Shown here piece after piece: positions 10,931-20,768 of a DNA stretch of 64,000 nt. This DNA is from Alphaproteobacteria bacterium. Lineage in GTDB: Bacteria > Pseudomonadota > Alphaproteobacteria > Bin65. The translations under genes and the position numbers were made by a program. The stretch's first letter is position 1. Each line of letters begins with the position of its first letter. The stretch covers positions 8,086-72,085 of the forward strand of contig JAJEGH010000014.1 of assembly GCA_022819985.1 (NCBI GenBank), given 5' to 3'. The notes under the pieces were generated by a model. It did no database searches, was not told the origin of the DNA, and saw only the letters and a list, made by a program, of their open reading frames with translations.

Positions 10931-10999
10931 CGATCACCGGTTCGCCGCGGTCGCCGTGCAGGCGGCCAGGATCGGAGGCTCGCGCCAGGCAGGCGGCGA

Positions 11000-11611
11000 T
11001 TACTTCTTTTTCTGCTGCGCCTTTGCGCGCCGTTTCGTGACTGCTCCCGCGGCGCCGCCGACAGGATCCCTGTAGTCCAGCGCCAGTTTCGGCAGACGCT
11101 TGTTCAGCCGCGCAACGACCTTGTCGGTTATATCGTATTGCGGCGACGCATGAATCAGCGTGGCCTTGTTGACGATGAGCGTAAAGCCCCCTTCCACAGC
11201 CAGCGCCTTGACCACCAGGATGACTTCCTGACGGAATTTGACGAAAGACTTCTGGAAAGCCTCGTTCAGGGCGTCGCTGCGCGCCCGGGCCTGGCGACGC
11301 AATTTGACGATATCGGCCTGAAGCGTGCGCACCCGGCGTTCGTATTCGGAGCGCGACAGGTCCTTGTCTTTGCGCAGCCGGTCGTATTCCGCCTGCATTT
11401 CCTTTTCGCCGGTGCTCAGTTGCTTGTCGTACTTGTTGCGCAACGCCCGCAGCGCTTTCCGGACGCTGGCCATCGCATGCGACTGGCTTTGTACCTTTTG
11501 CACATCGACTATGGCGATCTGTGCCGCCGGCACCTTGCCTTGTGCGTTAGCCGGAGCAAGCACCGCCAATGCGAGCGCCGCGGCAAGTCCTGTGAGAGCG
11601 GTCTTGATCAT
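11000..11611 (-). CDS. skp: OmpH/Skp-family periplasmic chaperone
   Basis: 203 aa. Signal peptide (MIKTALTGLAAALALAVLAPANA), a K/E/R/Q-rich coiled body, and a position directly downstream of bamA. Confidence 0.8.
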   Translation of the reverse strand: MIKTALTGLAAALALAVLAPANAQGKVPAAQIAIVDVQKVQSQSHAMASVRKALRALRNKYDKQLSTGEKEMQAEYDRLRKDKDLSRSEYERRVRTLQADIVKLRRQARARSDALNEAFQKSFVKFRQEVILVVKALAVEGGFTLIVNKATLIHASPQYDITDKVVARLNKRLPKLALDYRDPVGGAAGAVTKRRAKAQQKKK

Positions 11612-11614
11612 GGT

Positions 11615-13912
11615 CTAAAACCTGGTGCCGAAGCTGAAGTGGAACAACCGGGTACGGTCGCTGTTTTCCTTCAGGAACGCAAATCCCAAATCGAAGGTCA
11701 GCGGCCCGAGCGGAGAAGTCCATGTCAGGCCGGCACCGGCAGACGCGCGCGGAGTGGCCGAATCGACCAGGGTCGGCCCGCTGAGGTCGATCCCGAACGC
11801 GCTGCCGACATCGGTGAACAACCGGCCCCTGATACCCAGTTCTTTCGGTAATCCGAGCGGAACGCTCAACTCGGCCGTGACGAGCCAGTAGTTGTTGGAA
11901 CCGAGCGCATCGCCCGTTGCATTGTCACGGGGGCCGACGCCGCCATACTCGAAACCGCGCAGTTTGGAGCCGCCGAGGAAAAACCGCTCGCTCAGCCGGA
12001 TATCCTGTCCGAACCCGGCAGTATGGCCCGCTTCGCCGAGGAGCGCCAGTACCCAGCCTTGGGAAACGGCGTGCCAATACCCGGCTTCGGCGGAAAGTCT
12101 GTAGAATTTTTCTGTACCGCCCAGTCCGGCTACCGTGGCGCCACCGCCAAGCAGGAAACCGTCCGTCGGCTCGAAGCGGTTGTCGCGGACGTCCCAGACC
12201 ACGCGGGAACCGAGCGCGGATTTGGTCGTTCTTCCGGCATTATCGCGCAGGTGTTGAGACGCGCCTTCATAGACGTCCCCTATCCGGCGCGTCGACAATT
12301 CGTAGGAGACGCTCTGGCGCACGTCTTCCGCCAGCGGATAGCCGAAGCGCACCCGGCCGCCGAGCGTTTCGATTCTGTAAAGGGGATTATCCGTGTAGAC
12401 GGACTGGAAGCCGCGGTCGACTCGGAACACGTCGACACCGAAGGATACATCGCGGCCCAGAAAGTGCTTGTCGGTAAAACTCGCATCGATCTGCGAAGCG
12501 CGGAGCGACAACTGGCCCGACAGCCGCACATCGTAGCCGCGGCCGAGAAAGTTGCTCTCCTGCACGCCGATGGTGCCGAGCGGCCCGTCCTGGGTGGAAA
12601 AGCCGGCGCCCAACGACAGCTGTCCGGTCGCACGCTCCAGAACCGTAATGACAAGCCGCACTCGGTCCGCCGCAGAGCCGCGCCTGCGTTCGATTTCGAC
12701 TCTCTCGAAATATCCGGTGTTGACCAAGCGCCGCCGGGACTGGCGAATTCTGGCCGAGTTGAAGGCATCGCCTTCGGCCACGAGAATCTCGCGGCGGACC
12801 ACCGAGTCCCGGGTCCGGACATTGCCAACGATGTCGATCCGCTCGATGAAGACCCGCTGTCCCCGCCCGATGACGAATTCGACGTCGACAGTCTTCTCGC
12901 TGCGGTTCAGGTCAATTCTCGGCGTCGCCTCGACGAAAACATAGCCCTCACTGCCCGCCACGTCGGTGAGCGCGACCACCGAGCGCTGGACCTTGTCCGC
13001 GCTGTACCGGTCGCCGGGCTGCGCCTTGATGGCGGCATTCAGCCGTTTGACGTCGACCCGCCGCAACTGCGATTTGACCGACAGCTCGCCGAACCTGTAG
13101 CGCGGCCCCTCCTGCACCGTGATCGTGATGAAAAAGCCGGCCCGGTCGGGCGACAGTTCGGCGACAGCGGACAACACCTGGAATTCGGCAAACCCCTGGT
13201 TCAGATAGTACTGGCGCAGTACTTCCTTGTCGGCCTCGAGCTTGGCGGGATCGTAGATATCCGTACGGCCCAGAAAGCGCCAGAAAGCCGTTTCCTTCGT
13301 GATGATGACATCCCGCAGCGTGCCGTCGGAATAGGTCTTGTTGCCGATGAAGCTGATCCGTTCGACCAGAGTCGTGCTGCCTTCGTCGATTTCGAAAACG
13401 ACGTCGACGCGGTTTTGGCTCCGAGGAATGACCTTGGGCACGATCGTGGCGGCATAGCGGCCGGCGGCGCGAAAGGCCGCCAGCATCCGCCGCACGGCCT
13501 CTTCGACCTTGGCGCGAGTGTAAACGCTGCGCGGCGCGATATTGGCCTCCGAGGCCAGGGTGGAATCGTCGAGCTTGCTGTTACCCTCGAAAGCGATCCG
13601 GTTGACGATCGGGTTCTCGACAACGCGGATCACGAGATCCCGGCCGCGGCGGCGGATCGTTACGTCGCGGAACAGTCCACTGCGGAACAGCGCCTTCAAG
13701 GACGCGTCGATCTTCGCCGCATCGAAGCGGCCGCCCTTTCTGACGACCAGGTAACCGGCGACGGCCTGGGCATCGATACGCCTGGCCCCTTCGATCACGA
13801 TATTCCGGATCGTATCGTCGCGCGCTTGGGCCGCCGCGGGTTTGACGGATACCGTCTGTGCGCTTCCGACGACCAGCGCGACGCCAAACAAAACCAACGC
13901 AAAAAACCGCAC
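11615..13912 (-). CDS. bamA: Outer membrane protein assembly factor BamA
   Basis: POTRA-repeat N-terminal part and a C-terminal beta-barrel ending ...FHFSFGTRF. GTG at 13912 is preceded by AAGGGA and yields a signal peptide (MRFFALVLFGVALVVGSAQ). Alternative starts are 13933 (GTG) and 14020 (ATG, which overlaps rseP). Confidence 0.88.
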   Translation of the reverse strand: MRFFALVLFGVALVVGSAQTVSVKPAAAQARDDTIRNIVIEGARRIDAQAVAGYLVVRKGGRFDAAKIDASLKALFRSGLFRDVTIRRRGRDLVIRVVENPIVNRIAFEGNSKLDDSTLASEANIAPRSVYTRAKVEEAVRRMLAAFRAAGRYAATIVPKVIPRSQNRVDVVFEIDEGSTTLVERISFIGNKTYSDGTLRDVIITKETAFWRFLGRTDIYDPAKLEADKEVLRQYYLNQGFAEFQVLSAVAELSPDRAGFFITITVQEGPRYRFGELSVKSQLRRVDVKRLNAAIKAQPGDRYSADKVQRSVVALTDVAGSEGYVFVEATPRIDLNRSEKTVDVEFVIGRGQRVFIERIDIVGNVRTRDSVVRREILVAEGDAFNSARIRQSRRRLVNTGYFERVEIERRRGSAADRVRLVITVLERATGQLSLGAGFSTQDGPLGTIGVQESNFLGRGYDVRLSGQLSLRASQIDASFTDKHFLGRDVSFGVDVFRVDRGFQSVYTDNPLYRIETLGGRVRFGYPLAEDVRQSVSYELSTRRIGDVYEGASQHLRDNAGRTTKSALGSRVVWDVRDNRFEPTDGFLLGGGATVAGLGGTEKFYRLSAEAGYWHAVSQGWVLALLGEAGHTAGFGQDIRLSERFFLGGSKLRGFEYGGVGPRDNATGDALGSNNYWLVTAELSVPLGLPKELGIRGRLFTDVGSAFGIDLSGPTLVDSATPRASAGAGLTWTSPLGPLTFDLGFAFLKENSDRTRLFHFSFGTRF

Positions 13913-13977
13913 GCCAATCCCTTTCGGCCGCACGCCGACACGTCCGCCGATGCCGGTGGCCGTGTCAAACGACAGGT

Positions 13978-15369
13978 TTACGAACCGTGCGCTCCGAACA
14001 GGCGGAGCAGATCGTTCCAAGTGACAACGACCATGAGGGTTAATACCAAAGCCATACCAATTCGAAAACCATATTCCTGGGCCTTTTCGCCCAAGGGTTT
14101 ACCGCGAATTGCTTCGATTCCGTAGTACAGCAGGTGACCGCCGTCGAGCATCGGCACCGGCAGCAGGTTGATCAGGCACAGGGACAGAGAAATCGCCGCC
14201 ATGAACCAGACGAACGCGTACGGTCCGATCCGAGCCATGTCGCCCGACATCTCCGCGATGCGCAGCGGACCGCCGATATCCCTGAATTCCCGCTTTCCGG
14301 CAAACATCTGGCCGATAGCGGTGCCTGTGGTGACCGTCAGCGACCAGGTTTCCTGCACCGCCGCCCACAACGCGGCGACCGGGCCGTGGCGCTTCATGGG
14401 CGGCGGCGCCACGCCGATTCCGATCCGGCCGGCCGTCTGCGTCGCGCCGGTGCCGTCCGCGTAGGAAAACCGTTGCGGCACGATCGTCAGGGCGGTCCGG
14501 CCGCCGTCGCGCAGAATGCGCAGGCGCATCGGCGTTTCCGGGCCGGCCATCACTGCGGTGCGCACTTCCTGGAAGGTCGAGACCGGGCGCCCGTCGATGG
14601 CGACGATCCGGTCGCCCGTCCTGAGGCCGGCCGCCGCCGCTGCCGAGCCGTCCAGAACCCGCCCGACGACCGGCGCGACCATCCGAACGGCGCCCAGCAT
14701 GCCAAAGGTCTCGGCGTTGCCGTGCCTGTCGCGCACGGTGCGGGGCTCCGGCGTCAGCAAATATGCGCGCTCGGCATTGTCCCGTCGGACGACGATCCGC
14801 AGCGGATCGCCGGGATGCAGCAGGGCGATCCGCTCTGCATCCTCGAAGCGGTCGATCGTCCGGCCCGCGAACCGCACGACCGTATCTCCGGTGCGCAAGC
14901 CGGCCCTCTCAGCTGCCCCGCCGGGAACGACGGCGCCCACGACCGCCGGAGTGTGGCGCTGGCCAGCGGTCATGAACAGCAAGGCCAGAACCAGGACCGC
15001 AAAGAGATAGTTGACCGCCGGGCCGGCAAACACGATCGCCGCGCGTTGCCCAACGCTCTTATGGTAAAAACTCACCTTGCGCTGCTCGGGCGTAAGCGCC
15101 GCCGCTTCCCGGCCGGGCCGGGAGGCTGCATCGGCATCGCCGTACATTTTGACATAGCCGCCGAGCGGGATGGCGCAGAATTTCCAGCGCGTGCCCCACC
15201 GGTCGTCGCGGCCGAACAGTTCGGGACCGAAACCGATCGAGAAAACCTCGACCCGCACGCCGTTGCGGCGCGCGACGGAATAGTGGCCCATTTCGTGCAC
15301 GAACACGAGGAGCGTGAAGAGAACCAGGAACGGAAGGATGTAGTTCCAGAGGACGGAGATGAATTCCAT
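13978..15369 (-). CDS. rseP: RIP zinc metalloprotease RseP (site-2 protease)
   Basis: HEMGH zinc motif at the N-terminus (FVHEMGHYSVAR), PDZ-like middle regions, and a C-terminal NLLPVPMLDGGHL motif. Confidence 0.9.
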   Translation of the reverse strand: MEFISVLWNYILPFLVLFTLLVFVHEMGHYSVARRNGVRVEVFSIGFGPELFGRDDRWGTRWKFCAIPLGGYVKMYGDADAASRPGREAAALTPEQRKVSFYHKSVGQRAAIVFAGPAVNYLFAVLVLALLFMTAGQRHTPAVVGAVVPGGAAERAGLRTGDTVVRFAGRTIDRFEDAERIALLHPGDPLRIVVRRDNAERAYLLTPEPRTVRDRHGNAETFGMLGAVRMVAPVVGRVLDGSAAAAAGLRTGDRIVAIDGRPVSTFQEVRTAVMAGPETPMRLRILRDGGRTALTIVPQRFSYADGTGATQTAGRIGIGVAPPPMKRHGPVAALWAAVQETWSLTVTTGTAIGQMFAGKREFRDIGGPLRIAEMSGDMARIGPYAFVWFMAAISLSLCLINLLPVPMLDGGHLLYYGIEAIRGKPLGEKAQEYGFRIGMALVLTLMVVVTWNDLLRLFGAHGS

Positions 15370-15485
15370 CGGTCGCCTGTCGAGCGGAATGCCGGCGGTC
15401 GCGCCGCTCAGCCGGATATAGGCGCAACCATGCCGATTTCCCCCTTCGTCGTGTCGCGCCTTGCGCCGGCCACGCCGGCCCGGGT

Positions 15486-16706
15486 TCAGCGTATCGTCAG
15501 CTCCCGTGCGATCCGCCGGGCGGTCCGGTCGACCGCCAGGACATCGTCGAGCGACCCGATCGGGTGTTGCGGCCCGCGCGACAGCGTCTCCTCCACCACG
15601 CCGGCGATTTCGAGAAATGCGATCGTTCCTTCGAGGAAGGCCGCGACCGCCACCTCGTTGGCGGCGTTCAGCACCGCGGGCGCCGCGCCGCCGGCCTCGA
15701 GCGCGGAAAAGGCCAGCCCGAGCGCCGGGAACCGTTCGAAATCCGGCGCTTCGAAGTTGAGCGTCCCGGCCGCCGTCAGATCCAGCCTTTCGGTCGGCGC
15801 CGCCATCCTTTTCGGCCAGGCCAAGGTATAGGCGATCGGGGTGCGCATGTCGGGCGTTCCCATCTGGGCGAGCGTGGACCCGTCGACATAATCGACCATA
15901 GAATGGACGACCGACTGGGGGTGCACCACAACGGTGATCTGTTCCTTTTCCACGGGGAACAGGTGCCAGGCCTCGATCACCTCAAGACCCTTGTTCATCA
16001 GCGTGGCCGAATCGACGGATATCTTCGCGCCCATGTCCCAGTTCGGGTGGGCGACCGCTTCGGCCGGGGTCGCCGCGACCATCCGTTCGCGCGGCCAGGT
16101 CAGGAACGGGCCGCCGGACGCCGTCAGAACGATGCGCGCCACCCGTTCCGGCTGGTCGAAATCGAATACCTGGAAAATAGCGTTATGCTCGGAATCGACC
16201 GGCAGCAGAGTCGTGCCGCAGCGCCGGACCTCGGCCTGGACGAATTCGCCGGCGCACACCAGGCTCTCCTTATTGGCGAGCGCAACGACCGTCCCCTGCC
16301 GGACCGCACGCAGGGTCGGCTCCAGGCCGGCGGCGCCGACAATCCCGGCCATCACCCAATCGACCGGCCGGCCTGCCGCCTCGGCAACCGCTTCCGGCCC
16401 GGCCGCCGTCTCGATGCCGGTCCCGGCAAGCCCGTCCCTCAGCGCGCCGTAGAGCGCCGGATCGCCGATCACGGCCAAGCGTGCGCCGGTCTCCCGCGCT
16501 TGCCGGACGAGGAGTTCAACATTGCGGTAAGCGGTCAGCGCCTCGATCTCGAAATCGTCCCGCTGGCGGACGACCAGATCCAGCGTGCTCTGGCCGATCG
16601 AGCCGGTCGCGCCGAGGATCGTCAGGCGCCGCGGTGGCGGCGCAGTTCCGGCCGCACCGCCCCGCTGCGCACGGCGCAGCGCCGTATCGGGTCCCCCTAG
16701 AGCCAC
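15486..16706 (-). CDS. dxr: 1-deoxy-D-xylulose-5-phosphate reductoisomerase
   Basis: ILGATGSIGQSTLDLV NADPH-binding start, VDSEHNAIFQ, and NKGLEVIEA. GTG at 16706 overlaps the cdsA stop by 10 nt. The long upstream part of the track ORF is antisense or overlap noise. Confidence 0.9.
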   Translation of the reverse strand: MALGGPDTALRRAQRGGAAGTAPPPRRLTILGATGSIGQSTLDLVVRQRDDFEIEALTAYRNVELLVRQARETGARLAVIGDPALYGALRDGLAGTGIETAAGPEAVAEAAGRPVDWVMAGIVGAAGLEPTLRAVRQGTVVALANKESLVCAGEFVQAEVRRCGTTLLPVDSEHNAIFQVFDFDQPERVARIVLTASGGPFLTWPRERMVAATPAEAVAHPNWDMGAKISVDSATLMNKGLEVIEAWHLFPVEKEQITVVVHPQSVVHSMVDYVDGSTLAQMGTPDMRTPIAYTLAWPKRMAAPTERLDLTAAGTLNFEAPDFERFPALGLAFSALEAGGAAPAVLNAANEVAVAAFLEGTIAFLEIAGVVEETLSRGPQHPIGSLDDVLAVDRTARRIARELTIR

Positions 16707-17575
16707 GGCGTTTCCACCCCACCGCGCAGCGACGCCAGAACCGCGACGAGAATCAGGACCGGAACGACGCCGTCGACCCGGTCGAGCAATCCGCCGTGCC
16801 CGGGAATCGACTTTCCGGAATCCTTGGCGCCGAACCGGCGCTTGAGCAGCGATTCGAACAGATCGCCGCCCTGCGCCACCAGGCTCGCAACCAGGGCGGC
16901 GGCGATGTGGAAGCCGGCAGCCGGCCGGTCGGCGACCAGGGCGAACAGCAGCCCGGCAAGAGCGGCGAAGGCCAGTCCGCCGAAAAAGCCCGACCAGGTC
17001 TTGTTCGGGCTCAGCCGCGGCGCAAGCCTGGCGCCGCCGAACGCCCGGCCGGCGAGAAACGCGCCGATATCGGTGAGCGCGACGACCCAGAATATCCAGG
17101 CGACTGCCCAAGCCCCGTCCCGGAACAGGTCGAACAGCGCGACAGCAGCCCAGGCGGCGCCGCCGACATAGAACGCGCCCGCGCCCAGCCAAACGGCATC
17201 GGAAGCGCGTTCGTGCCACGCCAGCAGCGCGACCGCCGGCGCCCCGAGGATCAGAACCAGCGACGCTTCGCCCGGCATGGCGAACGAGGCGAGCGCGACG
17301 ACGACCGCGCAGACGGCCATCAGGGCGAAGCCGGCACGGCCGGCCGTGCCCCGGCCGCACAGGCCGGCCCATTCCCAGGCCATCAGGCCGGCGGCGCCGA
17401 GGATCAGCAAATGAAAATACGGCCAGCCGAAATAGAGGCATGCAGCCAGCAGGCCCGACAGGCCGCCGGCGGACAGGGTTCGGGCCAGAACTTCGCGCGG
17501 CCTGCCCGTCCCGTCCGCGGCTGTCGGGGAAGCGATGGTCGGCTCCGTGGCAGCCCGGTCAGCCAACAGCGCCAA
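16697..17575 (-). CDS. cdsA: Phosphatidate cytidylyltransferase
   Basis: Polytopic membrane protein with the C-terminal CDS signature (SLLKRRFGAKDSGKSIPGHGGLLDRVD). The start is uncertain: TTG at 17575 or 17566, while ATG at 17671 would overlap uppS by about 110 nt. Confidence 0.85.
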   Translation of the reverse strand: MALLADRAATEPTIASPTAADGTGRPREVLARTLSAGGLSGLLAACLYFGWPYFHLLILGAAGLMAWEWAGLCGRGTAGRAGFALMAVCAVVVALASFAMPGEASLVLILGAPAVALLAWHERASDAVWLGAGAFYVGGAAWAAVALFDLFRDGAWAVAWIFWVVALTDIGAFLAGRAFGGARLAPRLSPNKTWSGFFGGLAFAALAGLLFALVADRPAAGFHIAAALVASLVAQGGDLFESLLKRRFGAKDSGKSIPGHGGLLDRVDGVVPVLILVAVLASLRGGVETPWL

Positions 17576-18290
17576 AACGGCGGTCCCGCCGGTAATATTC
17601 CGAGACCGCGGCCCGCAGGGTGTTGGCGTCGAAATCCGGCCACAGGCATTTGGTGAAGACCAGTTCGGCATAGGCCGACTGCCAGAGCAGGAAATTGCTC
17701 AACCGCTGCTCGCCGCTCGTCCGGATTACCAGATCCGGATCGGGGATATCGCAGGTCAGCAGGTGGCGGGAAAATTCCTCCTGCCCGATCGCGTCGGGAT
17801 CGAGGTCGCCGCGCGCTGCCCGTACGGCCATCCGGCGCACAGCGGCCAGGATTTCGTCCCGGCCGCCATAGCTGAGGGCGATGACCAGGGTGAAGACGCC
17901 GTTGCCGGCGGTGCGCCGCTCGGCATGGTCGATCTGCGCGACGATATCGGCGGGCAGCCGCGCCCTGTCGCCGATAAACCGGAGCCGGACTCCCTGTTCG
18001 TGCAACTCGTCGACTTCGCTGCGCAGGTAATGGCGCAGCAATTTCATCAATTCGTCGACCTCCGAGGCCGGGCGGTTCCAGTTCTCGGAAGAAAAACCGT
18101 AAAGCGTAACGAAGCGGATGCCGTTCTCGATCGCCGCCTCGACCGTCCGGCGCACCGCCTCCACGCCGTGCCGGTGCCCGGCCGTGCGCGGCAGGCCGCG
18201 GGCCTTGGCCCACCGGCCGTTGCCATCCATGATGATCGCAACGTGGCGAGGCGGCGTCCGCTCGATCGCGCAGGGCGAAAGGGCATCCAT
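17559..18290 (-). CDS. uppS: Undecaprenyl-diphosphate synthase (cis-prenyltransferase)
   Basis: HVAIIMDGNGRWAKARG, SSENWNRP and ELVF...WPDF motifs. 243 aa. Confidence 0.93.
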   Translation of the reverse strand: MDALSPCAIERTPPRHVAIIMDGNGRWAKARGLPRTAGHRHGVEAVRRTVEAAIENGIRFVTLYGFSSENWNRPASEVDELMKLLRHYLRSEVDELHEQGVRLRFIGDRARLPADIVAQIDHAERRTAGNGVFTLVIALSYGGRDEILAAVRRMAVRAARGDLDPDAIGQEEFSRHLLTCDIPDPDLVIRTSGEQRLSNFLLWQSAYAELVFTKCLWPDFDANTLRAAVSEYYRRDRRFGAVG

Positions 18291-18302
18291 CTCCGGCAGA
18301 CT

Positions 18303-18860
18303 CTAGACCTGCATGATCTCGCCCCGTTTCTGGGCGAGCAACGAGTCGATGTCCTCTATATGGGCATCGGTTGTTTTCTGGATATCCTCGGCCCGGGCGT
18401 GCTGTTCGTCCTGCGAAATCTCGCCGGCCTTCTCGGCTTTCTTGAGCTGCTCCATGCCGTCGCGGCGGACGTTGCGCACCGCAACCCGCGCCTGTTCCGC
18501 ATAATTGCCCGCCACCTTCACGAGCTCCTTGCGGCGCTCTTCGGTCAGGTCGGGCAGCGGTACCCGGATCACCTGCCCCTCCGTTTGCGGGTTGAGGCCG
18601 AGATCGGAGGCGCGGATGGCCTTCTCGACGACCGCGACCAGCGAGTTGTCCCAGACCTGCACCGTGAGCAGGCGCGGCTCGGGCGCGGAAATGTTGCTCA
18701 CCTGGTTGAGCGGCATCTGCGTGCCGTAAGCTTCCACCGTTATCGGCTCCAGCAGGCCGGTCGACGCGCGCCCGGTGCGCAGCCCCGCCAGATCGCCGCG
18801 CAGCGCTTCCATCGCGCCGTCCATCCGGCGCTTGATGTCTTTAAGAACGGGATCCCTCAT
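18303..18860 (-). CDS. frr: Ribosome recycling factor
   Basis: 185 aa from the ATG at 18860 ([20 protein letters not shown]...). Conserved block [15 protein letters not shown]. Confidence 0.95.
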   Translation of the reverse strand: MRDPVLKDIKRRMDGAMEALRGDLAGLRTGRASTGLLEPITVEAYGTQMPLNQVSNISAPEPRLLTVQVWDNSLVAVVEKAIRASDLGLNPQTEGQVIRVPLPDLTEERRKELVKVAGNYAEQARVAVRNVRRDGMEQLKKAEKAGEISQDEQHARAEDIQKTTDAHIEDIDSLLAQKRGEIMQV

Positions 18861-18976
18861 GGCCCGGCCTCTCGTTCCGTTTCCACGCACGGCGGCGGCG
18901 TTGCGTTTCGCCGGCTCTTCTTCCCGCGCGTTTCCCGATACACTTTTTTATCAGAATGTTCGAAGCGGGGAATGCC

Positions 18977-19696
18977 TTATTCGGCGATGATGGTGAACGC
19001 GCCCCGGCCGCGTACCACTTCGGCGATCGCGCCGGGCGTCTGGATCGAAAAGACGAGGATCGGGATGCCGTTCTCCCGCGCCAGGGCGATGGCGGTGGCG
19101 TCCATGACCTTCAGGTTGCGGTTCAGCGCCTCGGTAAAGGACAGCCTGTCGAACCGCTCCGCCGCCGGATTGCCGGCGGGGTCGTCGCTGTAGACGCCGT
19201 CGACCTTGGTGCCCTTGAACAGCGCATCGCAGTTCATCTCCGAGGCGCGCAGGGCGGCAGCAGTATCCGTAGTGAAGAAGGGGTTGCCGGTTCCGGCGGC
19301 GAAGATCACCGCCCTGCCCTTCTCGAGATGCCGGACGGCGCGGCGCCGGATATACGGCTCGGAGACGGTCGACATCGGAATCGCCGACTGGACGCGCGTA
19401 TCGACCCCGAGCTGTTCCAGCGCGCCCTGGATCGCCAGCGAGTTCATCACTGTCGCGAGCATACCCATATAGTCGCCGGTCGCCCGGTCGATGGCATGGG
19501 CGGCGGATTGGATGCCCCGGAAAATGTTGCCGCCGCCGATGACGAGGCAGACTTCGATCCCGATATCGTGGATCGATTTGACCTCTGTGGCGATACGCTC
19601 CAGCGTTGCCGGATCCAGTCCGAAGCTGCGCTCGCCCATCAGCGCCTCGCCGGACAGTTTCAGAAGGACGCGCCTGTATTTCGGGTCGTTTTTCAT
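18977..19696 (-). CDS. pyrH: UMP kinase
   Basis: [22 protein letters not shown] and [17 protein letters not shown]. 239 aa. Confidence 0.95.
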   Translation of the reverse strand: MKNDPKYRRVLLKLSGEALMGERSFGLDPATLERIATEVKSIHDIGIEVCLVIGGGNIFRGIQSAAHAIDRATGDYMGMLATVMNSLAIQGALEQLGVDTRVQSAIPMSTVSEPYIRRRAVRHLEKGRAVIFAAGTGNPFFTTDTAAALRASEMNCDALFKGTKVDGVYSDDPAGNPAAERFDRLSFTEALNRNLKVMDATAIALARENGIPILVFSIQTPGAIAEVVRGRGAFTIIAE

Positions 19697-19759
19697 CAGG
19701 GGGCCTTCATCGGCGAAGGCCTCCCGGCGCCGGCGGTCCTTTCTCGCGCTGCTGCGGGG

Positions 19760-20683
19760 TCAGCCGGCAAGCTGCGCCACTTCCGCGGCGAAATCGTCCG
19801 CCTTGCGTTCGACGCCTTCGCCCAGCCGATAGCACGCGAAGCCGGCGATCTCTACCGGCGCGCCGAACTCCTTTGCCGCCGCCGCGATGACCTTCGACAC
19901 TTTCGATTCGCCGTCGATCACCCAGGTCTGGTTCATCAGAACGACCTCTTCGTAGAACTTGCGGAGCCGGCCTTCGATCATCTTCTCGACGATCTCCGGC
20001 GGCTTGCCGCTGCCGGCGGCCTGTTCGCGCAGGATTTCGCGCTCTTTCTCGACAGTCCCGGCGTCCAGGTCCTCGGCGGTGACCGCCCGGGGGCTGCTCG
20101 CCGCGATGTGCATGGCGACCTGCTTGCCAAGCTGCTGCAACGCTTCGGGGTCGGCGGAGGATTTCATGCCGACCAGGACGCCGATCTTGCCCAGGCCGGG
20201 GCCGGCCGAATTGTGCATGTAGGAGGCGACGATCCCTTCATCGACGCTCAGGCCGGCCGAGCGGCGCAGGGTCATGTTCTCGCCGACGGTTGCAATCAGA
20301 TTGGTGAGTTCGCCTTCGACCGTGCGCCCGCTGTCCGGATAATCCGCCGCCTTGAGGGCCGCCGGATCGCCGCCGACCGTCAGCGCGATATCGGAAACCG
20401 CGCCGACGAATTCCTGGAAGCTCTCGTTGCGCGCCACGAAGTCCGTCTCGGCGTTGACCTCGACCAGGGCGCCCCGCCCGCCGGCGGTGCGCAGCCCGAC
20501 AAGGCCTTCCGCCGTCACCCGCCCGGATTTCTTCGCCGCGGCCGCCAGGCCCTTCTTGCGCAGCCATTCGCCGGCCGCCTCGATATCGCCGCCGGATTCG
20601 ACCAGAGCCTTCTTGCAGTCCAGCATGCCGGCGCCGGTGCGCCCGCGCAGTTCCTTCACCATGGACGCACTGATCTGAGTCAT
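19760..20683 (-). CDS. tsf: Translation elongation factor Ts
   Basis: MTQISASMVKELRGRTGAGMLDCKKAL UBA-like N-terminus. 307 aa. Sits downstream of rpsB. Confidence 0.95.
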   Translation of the reverse strand: MTQISASMVKELRGRTGAGMLDCKKALVESGGDIEAAGEWLRKKGLAAAAKKSGRVTAEGLVGLRTAGGRGALVEVNAETDFVARNESFQEFVGAVSDIALTVGGDPAALKAADYPDSGRTVEGELTNLIATVGENMTLRRSAGLSVDEGIVASYMHNSAGPGLGKIGVLVGMKSSADPEALQQLGKQVAMHIAASSPRAVTAEDLDAGTVEKEREILREQAAGSGKPPEIVEKMIEGRLRKFYEEVVLMNQTWVIDGESKVSKVIAAAAKEFGAPVEIAGFACYRLGEGVERKADDFAAEVAQLAG

Positions 20684-20768
20684 CTTATCCTCGTGTTCGC
20701 TGGGTCTTTGCCGGGCGTTCGCCGGCTTCCCTGCAGCGGGCTGCGCGGCGCCTGCCTGCGGCCGGCGT

